The position numbers and the translations under genes were made by a program. From a virus: DNA of 64,000 nucleotides. Where the stretch lies: the IMG/VR virus record IMGVR_UViG_3300013099_000017, positions 1-64,000 of that record. One strand, given 5' to 3'. The stretch's first letter is position 1, and the number at the start of each line of letters is the position of its first letter. Of the stretch, positions 1 through 9,726 are shown one piece after another. The notes under the pieces were generated by a model. It searched no databases, had not been told where the DNA came from, and was given only the letters and a program-made list of their open reading frames with translations.

Positions 1-1
1 A

Positions 2-1015
2 TCTAATATAATTGATGGTGGAATAGGTAAGGCATTATCTTTTGATGGTACAACAGAATATATTAATATTCCACATAATGCATTATTTGATTCTGTTGAT
101 GGTTATCTTATAGAAACTACTTATAAACCATTAACAACATGGAACCCTGCTAATCAAGATTACATTACAATTATATCAAAAAATGCGGTTTGGGGTACTG
201 CTGGTTTTTCACAAAATTTATATTTAAGAAATACATCAAATGATGTTAGATTAGAACATTATATGAGGGATGGTGGTAGATTAGTTAATATTTTGGGGAC
301 AGGTATAGTAGATTATACTGCTGATTTCAAATCACATTCATTTGTTTGTACTGCATTAACTGCTATTGATTCATATACAGATTCTTCTATTGATACACAA
401 GATGTTCAAACTCTTGTAACATCATATAATATGGGGTCAGATGATGTTCATATTGGATTAGGATATAGTGCTGATCCAAATGATGTTGGTTTCAATGGTA
501 TCATCCAAGAAGTTAGAATTGGAACATCAAGTAAACCTGTTGAATGGATAACAGCAAATGATCAAAGTATAAAAGATACTTTGATTATATATGAAAATAC
601 ACAATTTAGAACAATTTCCGGAACCATAACAGAAAGTTTTGATGTTGTGAATTGGTTGGCAAGAGCATGGTTAATGAGTGATGGTTCATTGTCTGCCGAA
701 GAAATTACATCAAGTGGCACATTTGATTTAACTATTCCATTTGAAAGATCTGATACACATATGGTAACCGTATCGCCTATAATTGGGGACAGTTGGATAG
801 AATCAAATATCACATTATTGGACGATTTGGTTTTTCCAACTAATCCAACAACAATACCATATTATTATAAATGTATTATTGCAGGTATAACCGGAACAAG
901 TGAACCAACATGGACAGTTGGAAATGGTGATCAAATTACAGATAGTGGTGTAACATGGGAATTAGTAGAAGGAATGATACAACCAATAACTCAATTTCCA
1001 GTAATTCCTAGCTAA
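2..1015 (+). CDS. Virion-type protein, 5'-truncated: LamG/concanavalin-like domain plus C-terminal carbohydrate-binding-like module
   Basis: Frame 2 is open from base 2 (SNIIDGGIGKALSFDGTTEYINIP..., LamG-type GKALSFDG motif) and in frame with the 263 ATG. C-terminus W..YYYKCIIAGITGTSEPTW..DSGVTW resembles CBM5/12-like phage tail modules. Confidence 0.65.
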   Translation, partial: SNIIDGGIGKALSFDGTTEYINIPHNALFDSVDGYLIETTYKPLTTWNPANQDYITIISKNAVWGTAGFSQNLYLRNTSNDVRLEHYMRDGGRLVNILGTGIVDYTADFKSHSFVCTALTAIDSYTDSSIDTQDVQTLVTSYNMGSDDVHIGLGYSADPNDVGFNGIIQEVRIGTSSKPVEWITANDQSIKDTLIIYENTQFRTISGTITESFDVVNWLARAWLMSDGSLSAEEITSSGTFDLTIPFERSDTHMVTVSPIIGDSWIESNITLLDDLVFPTNPTTIPYYYKCIIAGITGTSEPTWTVGNGDQITDSGVTWELVEGMIQPITQFPVIPS

Positions 1016-4000
1016 TGGCATATACACCAAATAACTCATATCAATTCAGTGAATATAATTCACCATCATCATCATTTAATTTTGATTTTGAAATTGAATT
1101 ATATCCTACTGTCTTATATTCAGGTGAAGAAAGTGTATTAGATGATTTAAAAATATTTCCATTTTCACCAGAATTACCATTTAATTTTGGTTTATGTGAT
1201 AAAGAATTAAATTGGGAATACAATAATGTGTGTACTCACAATAATTCATATACAGGTGAAAATACCTTTATTGAATTCACACAAGATAAAAATTATGAAT
1301 ATAATTTCGCTATATGTGATTTATGGGATTATGGTGATGATATTGAATTATCTGAAACATGTGGTATGTTTATTAATACTGGACAAAGTTGTGAATTTGA
1401 TATTATCACTTTCAAAAATCAAGAATTTAATTTTGATATTTGTGGTGATGGTAATATTAATGTAAGAAATAAAAATTTAACCAATATTCAACTTGATTAT
1501 TTAGAACCATGTGAAATCATATATAGAATGGAGCCTATTTATTCAGGTGAATCCATTTCAACTGCATTACATATTTCTGGAAAAAATTACCAATTTGATA
1601 TCACTTTATGTGATAGTGAAACAAATCCTCAACCAATTGATATAATACCTCACGTATTTTCTTTTAATAGACCGTGGAATTATATATGTTCATCAATAAC
1701 ACTTGATGCTTCTACTGGTGAAAGTGCGTCTGCTACTATTCTTGGTAGTTTAAAATTACCATTAGATCCTACTTATACAGGCGAAAGTGCCGATTTAACT
1801 AATTTAGGTTTAGATATTTCATTCACAAACATGAAGGGATATACAGGTGAAGAAGCTGATGTTGATTTCTTTACTAGACCATTTGTTACCTTTGATATTC
1901 AAAATCTTTCAGGTGAATATGGTGAAACCGATATATATCGTTCAATTTTTATTGGAACAGATATCACTTATACAGGTGAAGAAGTTGATGCTGATATGGA
2001 AACTATCGGACCAATTAATCCAATAACAGATAGTTATACAGGTGAAGAAGTTGATGCTGATTTTGCAATTACTGCAATATTAAACCCATTAATGTATTCC
2101 GGTCAAGAAGTTGATGCTGATTTAAAAGATGATCCATTAATTGAATTAGAAAATCCAACAATAGATACTGGTGAAGAAGTTGATACTGATTTGGAAATTT
2201 TCCAAGCACCAGCATTAACATTGGATTCTATGTATGGTGGTGAATTGGGGTCAAGTTATTTAAATGTAACTTATGCTTTGAGTTCTATTACTTATACAGG
2301 TGAATATGCCGAATTTAGTGTATTAAATTTAGATACTGTTTTTGCTGTTGATTATAATACAGGTGAAGAAGCTGATGCTGATATTAAAACAAATTCACCG
2401 GATGATTTGGAACCAAATGCTGATAGTGGTGAATATTCTGATGCATTTGTGGCAACATCATTAGTATTATTCCCTAGAACATATACAGGTGAATATAGTA
2501 ATGGTGCAATGAGTACAATACCTGCCATATATTTTGCTCCAAAATCATACGCTGGTGAACGTGCTGAAATTGATGAATTAATTGAAGAAACAGAATATTA
2601 TATTGCTATTGGTGGTGAATATTCTGATGCTGGATTATCAAGAGAAATTTCTTTTACACCATATAGTAATTGGACAGGTGAGGAAGTTAAAACAGAAGCA
2701 CTTAATTTAGAGTTCACTATATTTGAGGCTAATTCATTAATCAATGGTCAATCAATGAGTGTTGTATTCACAACCATTGCCGGACCTTCACTAGCATTTG
2801 ATTCTATGTGGACAGGTGAATATGCTGAATCTGAGACAGGAATTTTATATTATCCTATATTTATTTTAGATACAATTATCGGTTCACAGGTTATGTATGA
2901 TGGTTTGGGTGGTGCTGGTGGATTGAATTTCTGTACAGATTGTTGTCCAATACCAAATCAATTTGGTGAAAATGATGATCCATTAATTTTTGATGTTAGA
3001 CCACAAGACAGGGAAGTATGGGGTCGATGTGGTCCGGATGAAGATACACAATTCCATACAAGTCTAACGGCTGGAATTAGATTTGAACCTATTGCCTATC
3101 ATGGTGAATATGTTAAATCATACATAGACAAGCAATATATGGCTTTTGGTGAAATGGATGGGTCATGTGATGATGTTCTTGAATTTTGTGAACCATTAGT
3201 TTGTATTGATGGAAAAGATAGAGAGGGTGAGGATTGTGTTCACGATGATTTATATTGGTTATATAATAGAACACCAATTCCAACTAAATTACCAAGGGTT
3301 AATGAACTTGAACCTGTTATAACAACTGGCGAGAGAATTGTTTTATGGTGGGAACCTGTTGATGATTTTGTATCACGTATGGAACAAAAATTCACAGTTG
3401 ATTTAACACTTCCATCATTGGTGGATACTTTTTATACTGGTGAAGATTTTATTATTAGTTTATCGTATGATGAATCTGATTGGAAATATCCATTCAAATT
3501 AAATCGTGGTGGAGAACAAGGATACTTTACATTTGAAGCTAACGAGAATATGAGATTTTGTCCTGGATATTTAATTCCAAGAGGCGATAATGTTATATTT
3601 GATTTTGCTTCTGCAATATTCACAGAATGTTTTGGTTATTTTGCTAAAACAGGTGAAATGGTAAAACCTGTTGATTTATTAAGTGAAGCTGGAATGTCTG
3701 CGAGAAGTACAAAGAATGGTCAAGTTATGAAGTTCTTATTACGAGTGACTGGACCTTGGGAATTAAATTCTACTAATGGACAAAAATTTAGATTTGAGTT
3801 ATCAACTACTGTTCTTATAAAACCGAATAGAATTAAAAGTGGTCAATCTGCATTAGCACATTTATATCGTCCTCCTACATATTGGACTATGGCAAGTGGT
3901 GAAATGGCACGTTTAGCACAACTTGACGTATCATTGCCTGGAATTAGTTGGATAACCGAAGATGGTTGTATTGAAAATATATTCAACCCATTGACAGAAG

Positions 4001-4425
4001 ATGGTGATATTGATTTAGAGTATGAAAACTTTGAACGATGTGTTGAATTTATGCCTTACTTTGGTAAAGTTGAAGCGATATGTGATGATAGTGTTTATAT
4101 TTATCACGTTATAATAAGACCTGAAATGATGGGTAATAATTTTGTAGTTGATAAAATTTCATTTGCAACTGAAAAATTATTTAACTTAGAATGTAATTCA
4201 GGTGAAGATGTTTATATTCAAGAATATGTTGGTGAAGATGGAGCAGAAATTAATGTAGATTTAGAAACATTCCCTGTTATTCCATTAGATGATTTTAAAT
4301 TAATGGGTACTGGTGAGAATTCATTTTCTATACTAAATACTACAAATACATTTGAATTTGAATTATATAGTAGTGAAGAAGCTGATGCTATTGTTAATGG
4401 TGAATTAGTCTTGGAGTTTGGATAA
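1015..4425 (+). CDS. Large acidic repeat protein (about 34 x-[TSG]-G-[EQ] repeats), probable virion/tail-associated
   Basis: 1136-aa ORF with repeated YTGEEVDAD-like motifs, translationally coupled to its neighbours in the structural module. Confidence 0.6.
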   Translation: MAYTPNNSYQFSEYNSPSSSFNFDFEIELYPTVLYSGEESVLDDLKIFPFSPELPFNFGLCDKELNWEYNNVCTHNNSYTGENTFIEFTQDKNYEYNFAICDLWDYGDDIELSETCGMFINTGQSCEFDIITFKNQEFNFDICGDGNINVRNKNLTNIQLDYLEPCEIIYRMEPIYSGESISTALHISGKNYQFDITLCDSETNPQPIDIIPHVFSFNRPWNYICSSITLDASTGESASATILGSLKLPLDPTYTGESADLTNLGLDISFTNMKGYTGEEADVDFFTRPFVTFDIQNLSGEYGETDIYRSIFIGTDITYTGEEVDADMETIGPINPITDSYTGEEVDADFAITAILNPLMYSGQEVDADLKDDPLIELENPTIDTGEEVDTDLEIFQAPALTLDSMYGGELGSSYLNVTYALSSITYTGEYAEFSVLNLDTVFAVDYNTGEEADADIKTNSPDDLEPNADSGEYSDAFVATSLVLFPRTYTGEYSNGAMSTIPAIYFAPKSYAGERAEIDELIEETEYYIAIGGEYSDAGLSREISFTPYSNWTGEEVKTEALNLEFTIFEANSLINGQSMSVVFTTIAGPSLAFDSMWTGEYAESETGILYYPIFILDTIIGSQVMYDGLGGAGGLNFCTDCCPIPNQFGENDDPLIFDVRPQDREVWGRCGPDEDTQFHTSLTAGIRFEPIAYHGEYVKSYIDKQYMAFGEMDGSCDDVLEFCEPLVCIDGKDREGEDCVHDDLYWLYNRTPIPTKLPRVNELEPVITTGERIVLWWEPVDDFVSRMEQKFTVDLTLPSLVDTFYTGEDFIISLSYDESDWKYPFKLNRGGEQGYFTFEANENMRFCPGYLIPRGDNVIFDFASAIFTECFGYFAKTGEMVKPVDLLSEAGMSARSTKNGQVMKFLLRVTGPWELNSTNGQKFRFELSTTVLIKPNRIKSGQSALAHLYRPPTYWTMASGEMARLAQLDVSLPGISWITEDGCIENIFNPLTEDGDIDLEYENFERCVEFMPYFGKVEAICDDSVYIYHVIIRPEMMGNNFVVDKISFATEKLFNLECNSGEDVYIQEYVGEDGAEINVDLETFPVIPLDDFKLMGTGENSFSILNTTNTFEFELYSSEEADAIVNGELVLEFG

Positions 4426-5510
4426 TGTCTTGTGAATTGAATGAAAATACAATACCCTTAGATGCTGATATAATATATGAGGGTCATTTGGATGGATTTG
4501 GTGATGTTGACACATATTCATTTGATATGATTGAGAATGAAACAATTACATTCAAGGTGAATATTGTTAATGATAGTGGTTCAGGTACATTACCAAATGC
4601 CACATTAAAATTATTTAAAATATTTGATGGTAATGTAATTGATTTAGGAACATCATATTTACAAAGTCAGGTTAATGTATTTAACTATGATGGTGTTGTT
4701 GGGGATTATTATTTCTGTTTAGAAAACCTATATTCTTGTAATTATAGTGTGTTGGTAGAATTCACAGATTATGATGGTATTGTATTCACAAGGATGTATT
4801 CTTATTCAGGTGAAGCTATGGATGGTGAGTGGCCGATTGTTGAAATTCCACCATGCAATCAACCCGTGGCATATGAAATAACAAACGGTAAATTACCATT
4901 AGATATATCAAATGAACCGGAAGATTTTACATTTGAATCTGCTGGAATTATATATGGAGTTCCTGGAGAACAAGATTGTGAAAGTGATGATGATGAAACA
5001 CCAAGTTGGAACTGGAAACGATATGATGATGAAACCGGAATACATCCACTTGGCAAAGAATATGATTTCATAGTCAGAGCATATTTTATTCAATATCCAT
5101 ACGTTTTTATTGAAAAAGCATTTAAAATTTGTGTGTTTAATAATTGGGATTATGATAAACCTGATTTATTAAATCTACAAAGAACCGAATATGATGTTTC
5201 ATATGTTGAAGTAGAATTACCGGATCAATCACCATTATGTCCACCATGTACGGAGACTAAGGAAATTATTACAGAACGTATTATTAATTGGAAAGAATAT
5301 GATATAGAAGGATTCCTGAAACGTATGGACAAACTTATGTATGAAAAACAATGTAAAGTTAGACATGAATTACCTGAACTTGATAACGTTTATCATGAGC
5401 CTGAAATTATCATAAAAGAAGAAAAACTATGTGATATTTGTCCAGAAGATGAAGAAGAAAAACCATTTGTGTCTGAACCAATTCAATCTTGTCCGGTATG
5501 TACAGAATGA
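4425..5510 (+). CDS. Probable virion protein with PPC-like and Ig-like segments and a Cys-rich tail
   Basis: DVDTYSFD..ITFKV motif (PPC-like); YEITNGKLP..GIIYGVP (putative Ig repeat); CPPC/CDIC/CPVC in the C-terminus. Confidence 0.5.
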   Translation: MSCELNENTIPLDADIIYEGHLDGFGDVDTYSFDMIENETITFKVNIVNDSGSGTLPNATLKLFKIFDGNVIDLGTSYLQSQVNVFNYDGVVGDYYFCLENLYSCNYSVLVEFTDYDGIVFTRMYSYSGEAMDGEWPIVEIPPCNQPVAYEITNGKLPLDISNEPEDFTFESAGIIYGVPGEQDCESDDDETPSWNWKRYDDETGIHPLGKEYDFIVRAYFIQYPYVFIEKAFKICVFNNWDYDKPDLLNLQRTEYDVSYVEVELPDQSPLCPPCTETKEIITERIINWKEYDIEGFLKRMDKLMYEKQCKVRHELPELDNVYHEPEIIIKEEKLCDICPEDEEEKPFVSEPIQSCPVCTE

Positions 5511-5534
5511 TAAATAAGATAAAGGAGAATTACA

Positions 5535-5825
5535 TTGTCGGTTCCAATAGGTAGAATATCGGAAATATGTAGTGGACATCAATGTTATCCACCATCAATT
5601 GCTATTTCTGCAAGTTCTAACGTATTTGCGGAATTACTACCAGTTCACAGAGTTGGGGACAGTTACATACCACATTGCTGTTTAAGTTGTCATGGGATAA
5701 CAACAGCGAGGGGATCATCATCTGTTTATGTAAACGGTAGACCTTCTGCACATATCGGAGCTATGGCGAGTTGTAGTAGTGTAATGATAACCGGAGCATC
5801 AACCGTTTGGATTGAGGGATCTTAA
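5535..5825 (+). CDS. 5.4: PAAR-repeat central spike tip protein (gp5.4-like)
   Basis: GHQCYPP..ASSNVF, VHRVGD..PHCC..HG..ARGSSSVYVNGRP; TTG start after AAGGAG; directly upstream of gp25. Confidence 0.88.
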   Translation: MSVPIGRISEICSGHQCYPPSIAISASSNVFAELLPVHRVGDSYIPHCCLSCHGITTARGSSSVYVNGRPSAHIGAMASCSSVMITGASTVWIEGS

Positions 5826-6217
5826 TGAGACAAACACAAGAAAATTTTTATTCAGATTTAGATTTAACATTTAATACACATCCACTAAACAGTGATATAT
5901 CCGTATTATTTGATGAAAATAGTATTGAACAAAATATGTATAATATATTAATGGCAAATAATGGTGATGCTAAATTTCATCCCGAAAAATGTCTTGGTAT
6001 TAGGGATATGTTATTTGAACCTATTAATATTATCACAGAAGAACAATTAAGAATAAAAATAACAAATATATTAGAATCGTGGATGCCGAGAATTGAGGTA
6101 ATACACATTGATGTTGAATCAATTAGGGATGAAGGTTATAGAATAACAATATCATACATAACGATAAATATTGTAAATGAACAACAAACTGTATTGTTTT
6201 TAGATAGGATAAGATAA
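5825..6217 (+). CDS. 25: Baseplate wedge subunit gp25
   Basis: YSDLDLTFNTHP..DI..DENSI..NIL..G..FHP..G.GI..LFEP..WMPRI pattern. Confidence 0.92.
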   Translation: MRQTQENFYSDLDLTFNTHPLNSDISVLFDENSIEQNMYNILMANNGDAKFHPEKCLGIRDMLFEPINIITEEQLRIKITNILESWMPRIEVIHIDVESIRDEGYRITISYITINIVNEQQTVLFLDRIR

Positions 6218-6221
6218 CAAA

Positions 6222-8042
6222 ATGGGAAAAAATTTAAAAGTAAACAAACTTGATTTTGATGATATAAAAGAAAATTTAATTGAGTTTCTAAAAGGTCAAG
6301 AAAAATTTAAAGATTATAATTTTTATGGTTCTGGATTTGATGTTATATTAGATTCATTGGCATATAATGCATTTTATATGGGAACGTTTGCTCATTTGTT
6401 AGCCAACGAAGCATTTATTGATTCTGCTAATTTAAGAGAAAGTTTAACAAGTAAAGCCAAATTATTTAATTATATTCCAAAATCATCATTTTCTGCTATT
6501 GCTGATGTTAATGTCAAATTAGATATTAATGAAGATAATGAACCTGCTGATGAAAAGTTTTTAATTGAACGGGGTGAATTTGCGGAATCCGGTAATAATC
6601 TATCAGGTTTAATAAGAAAATTCATTTTAATTGATGATGTGTATGTTTATAACAAATCAATTGCAACAAGTGGTTTTCTTTATCAGACTGATACACTTGA
6701 AATATATGAAGGTGAATATATTACAGATCACTTCACAAAAGATATTTCACAAAATTCAACTTGGAACCAAGTATACAGATTAACAGCAAAAGATGTTGAT
6801 TATCGTACAATAAGAATTAAAGTATATGATAGTGATACAAGTAGCAATTATCATACATATAAATTAGCTTCTGATTTTATGTTAATTAATGGCGATAGTC
6901 AAGTATTTTTTATTACTACTGATGATAAAGGGTATTATGAGATATTATTCGGCAATGATGTTTACGGTAAAGCTCTTGAAGATGGAAATTACATTGAAAT
7001 AACATATGTCGAAAATAAAGGCGAATTGGGTAATGATGCATCATTATTTGATTATATTGGTAAAGATATAATTGGTAGAGATTTAATGCCTGTTGATGTA
7101 ACCATCAATACTGAAATGGATTCTGATGGTGGTCGTGGTGAAGAAACATTAGAAGAACTTAAATACAATGTACCACATCATTATAAACGTCAAAATCGTT
7201 TGGTAACTATTGAAGATTATAAGTCTGTTCTTTTAGCTGAATACAATAATATTCAATCTATTAATGTTTGGGGTGGTGAAGATAATTATCCTAAAGTTTA
7301 TGGTAGAGTATTTATTTCAATTAAACCAAAAATAGGTAATATTTTATCATCTAAGGCAAAAGAGAAAATACAAGAAACAATACTACACAAATATAACATT
7401 GTTACCATTGATACAACAATTGTTGATGTTGATTTCTTATACTTAAATTTAACAAATAATACCAAATTTAAACCATTAGATACGGATAAATCTGCTGGTG
7501 AAATTGCAAATTTGGTTAATGATACTATTCATGATTATGATGATTTTCAAGTATCACGTTTCGATGGTTATTATTCAGATGCTTCTTTATATGAGCAAAT
7601 ATTAAATGCAGATCCATCAATCATTAGTACATATAATAATATTACATTAGAAAAACAAACCAAACCATCATTGGAAACTTCACAATCTTATGTGATTGAT
7701 TTTAATGGTGCGATTTTTAAAAATACAATTCTAAGTAATGAATTTACATTTAGAGGATTACCAAGTTATTTTGATGATGATGGTGAGGGTAATATTATAA
7801 TCCATTATGAAAGTTTAATTGATGGTGCAAAATATACTTATCTTGATGAATATTTTGGTACAATTGATTATGATACTGGAATATTAAATACTTCCAATAT
7901 TATTATTGATAATATTACAGATGGTGATTTTTTAATTACAACCGCTACACCAATCGAACCTGATTTTTATCCTTTAAGAAATAACATTATTAAAATTAAT
8001 AAAGTATCAATCGAAGTGACCGAATATAATGACAATAAATAA
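6222..8042 (+). CDS. 6: Baseplate wedge subunit gp6
   Basis: LDFDDIKENL..FL..Q..FKDYNF.GSG..LD.LAYN N-terminus; QNRLVT.EDY, VWGGEDN.P..YGRVFISIKP. Confidence 0.93.
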   Translation: MGKNLKVNKLDFDDIKENLIEFLKGQEKFKDYNFYGSGFDVILDSLAYNAFYMGTFAHLLANEAFIDSANLRESLTSKAKLFNYIPKSSFSAIADVNVKLDINEDNEPADEKFLIERGEFAESGNNLSGLIRKFILIDDVYVYNKSIATSGFLYQTDTLEIYEGEYITDHFTKDISQNSTWNQVYRLTAKDVDYRTIRIKVYDSDTSSNYHTYKLASDFMLINGDSQVFFITTDDKGYYEILFGNDVYGKALEDGNYIEITYVENKGELGNDASLFDYIGKDIIGRDLMPVDVTINTEMDSDGGRGEETLEELKYNVPHHYKRQNRLVTIEDYKSVLLAEYNNIQSINVWGGEDNYPKVYGRVFISIKPKIGNILSSKAKEKIQETILHKYNIVTIDTTIVDVDFLYLNLTNNTKFKPLDTDKSAGEIANLVNDTIHDYDDFQVSRFDGYYSDASLYEQILNADPSIISTYNNITLEKQTKPSLETSQSYVIDFNGAIFKNTILSNEFTFRGLPSYFDDDGEGNIIIHYESLIDGAKYTYLDEYFGTIDYDTGILNTSNIIIDNITDGDFLITTATPIEPDFYPLRNNIIKINKVSIEVTEYNDNK

Positions 8043-9714
8043 ACTTGCCCCATTAATCAGAAGTCAACTACCTTCATATGCTCACGATAAATATCCAACG
8101 TTTGTTTCATTTATAACAACGTATTTTGAGTGGTTAGATGAAGAAAATAACTATTCATATTTCTTAAATGAATTTAAATCAAATATAGATATAGATCAAT
8201 CCAATGATAATTTTGTTGAACAATTTTTACAAGAATTTGTGGAAGGTATTCCAACATTTGATTTAAAGATACCAAAGAATGAATTAGTTAAATTAATTCG
8301 TGAATTTTACATATCAAAGGGTACAGAAGAATCATTTAAATTCATTTTCCGAGTATTATACAACAAAGACGTTGATATTTCATATCCAAGAGATTATGTT
8401 TTATCATCATCCGATAATACTTATGGTGGTGATTTTATAATGAATGTTAGTCGTGATATTAATAAAGAATATTTCATAACAGATGATAGCATTATATACA
8501 TATATGATAAGTTATCAGGATTAAGGGCATTTGTTGATCAACTACAAGAAAAAATTGATGTATTAGGAAATCATTATTTTCAGGCTTATCTATCATCTTT
8601 CGATAATGGTTTATATAATCAGGAAGATATGGAATTAAAACTTCAAATTGATGATATTATATACAATACAACTGTTATTAGAACAATTAATGGAATTGAC
8701 GTTATAGATCCAGGTATTGCATTTACAGTTGGTGATGATGTTTATATTGATACAGATTTGATTAATGGTAATAGTGATTTTTTTACAAAGATTACTGCTG
8801 TTACAAAAGGTAGAATTGAAACAGTTGATATTGATGATATTGGTGATAATTATGTGGTTGGTGATTTTATTGATGTTGTTAATAAACATTTGACTACTGG
8901 ATTTGGATTTTCTGCTACTGTTGCAAAAATTGGTGGTTCTGGTGGTGTATTGAGTATTGATATATCCAATGGTGGATTTGAATATGAAGATGAACAGAGT
9001 GGATATATTACATCTAATTTTTCTGGAATTGAACCACTTATTCCTGCATCTTTCACATTAAAGGGTGATGGATTAGGGTCAATTAAACGTTTTGAAATAC
9101 AAAATAGTGGTATCATTTATGATGAAGGAAGTGTTGTATTAAAAACAACTGGTGGGCGTGATGAAGATTTAATTCCCATATTCTCTAATATATTTGAAAC
9201 TCCTAAATCAACAGCAAATCAAAAGGGTTTTACAAGTTATAATAATGTATTGACAGATAGTTGGTATTATCAATATTTTAGTTATTTAGTGTCAAGTTAT
9301 GAGCAACCTAATCAATGGAAACATATTATTAAAAAAATATTACATCCTGCTGGATTAGCACAATTTAATAGATGGTTATATGAATCAGAATCAGCACCAG
9401 ATGATATTATTGGATTTAATAAAAATGTTGTTGATAGTATATTGACTAAAATATTTGAATTAATTTTAGAACAATCAAATAATCCATTTTTAATTGGTGT
9501 TGAAAGTAAAGTACAAGACACACATTATATATTCAATTCAGGTTATATAATGGTTGGACATAATTTAAGAGATTTAGATTCTGAGAAATGCTTACAAAAT
9601 TTCAATTGGTCTGCATCATTATGGTATGATGAATCCATTGAGAGCATTTTAAGTGGAAAATCAATTGAACTAAATACTATTAACGAAAGTTATATTACAC
9701 AAACAATTACATAG
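8029..9714 (+). CDS. 7: Baseplate wedge initiator, gp7-like
   Basis: LIRSQLP...YPTFVSFI..YFEWL, IREFY.SKGTEESFKFIFR.LY, LTDSWYYQYFSY, LHPAG; sits between gp6 and gp8. Confidence 0.75.
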   Translation: MTINKLAPLIRSQLPSYAHDKYPTFVSFITTYFEWLDEENNYSYFLNEFKSNIDIDQSNDNFVEQFLQEFVEGIPTFDLKIPKNELVKLIREFYISKGTEESFKFIFRVLYNKDVDISYPRDYVLSSSDNTYGGDFIMNVSRDINKEYFITDDSIIYIYDKLSGLRAFVDQLQEKIDVLGNHYFQAYLSSFDNGLYNQEDMELKLQIDDIIYNTTVIRTINGIDVIDPGIAFTVGDDVYIDTDLINGNSDFFTKITAVTKGRIETVDIDDIGDNYVVGDFIDVVNKHLTTGFGFSATVAKIGGSGGVLSIDISNGGFEYEDEQSGYITSNFSGIEPLIPASFTLKGDGLGSIKRFEIQNSGIIYDEGSVVLKTTGGRDEDLIPIFSNIFETPKSTANQKGFTSYNNVLTDSWYYQYFSYLVSSYEQPNQWKHIIKKILHPAGLAQFNRWLYESESAPDDIIGFNKNVVDSILTKIFELILEQSNNPFLIGVESKVQDTHYIFNSGYIMVGHNLRDLDSEKCLQNFNWSASLWYDESIESILSGKSIELNTINESYITQTIT

Positions 9715-9726
9715 GACATATAAACC

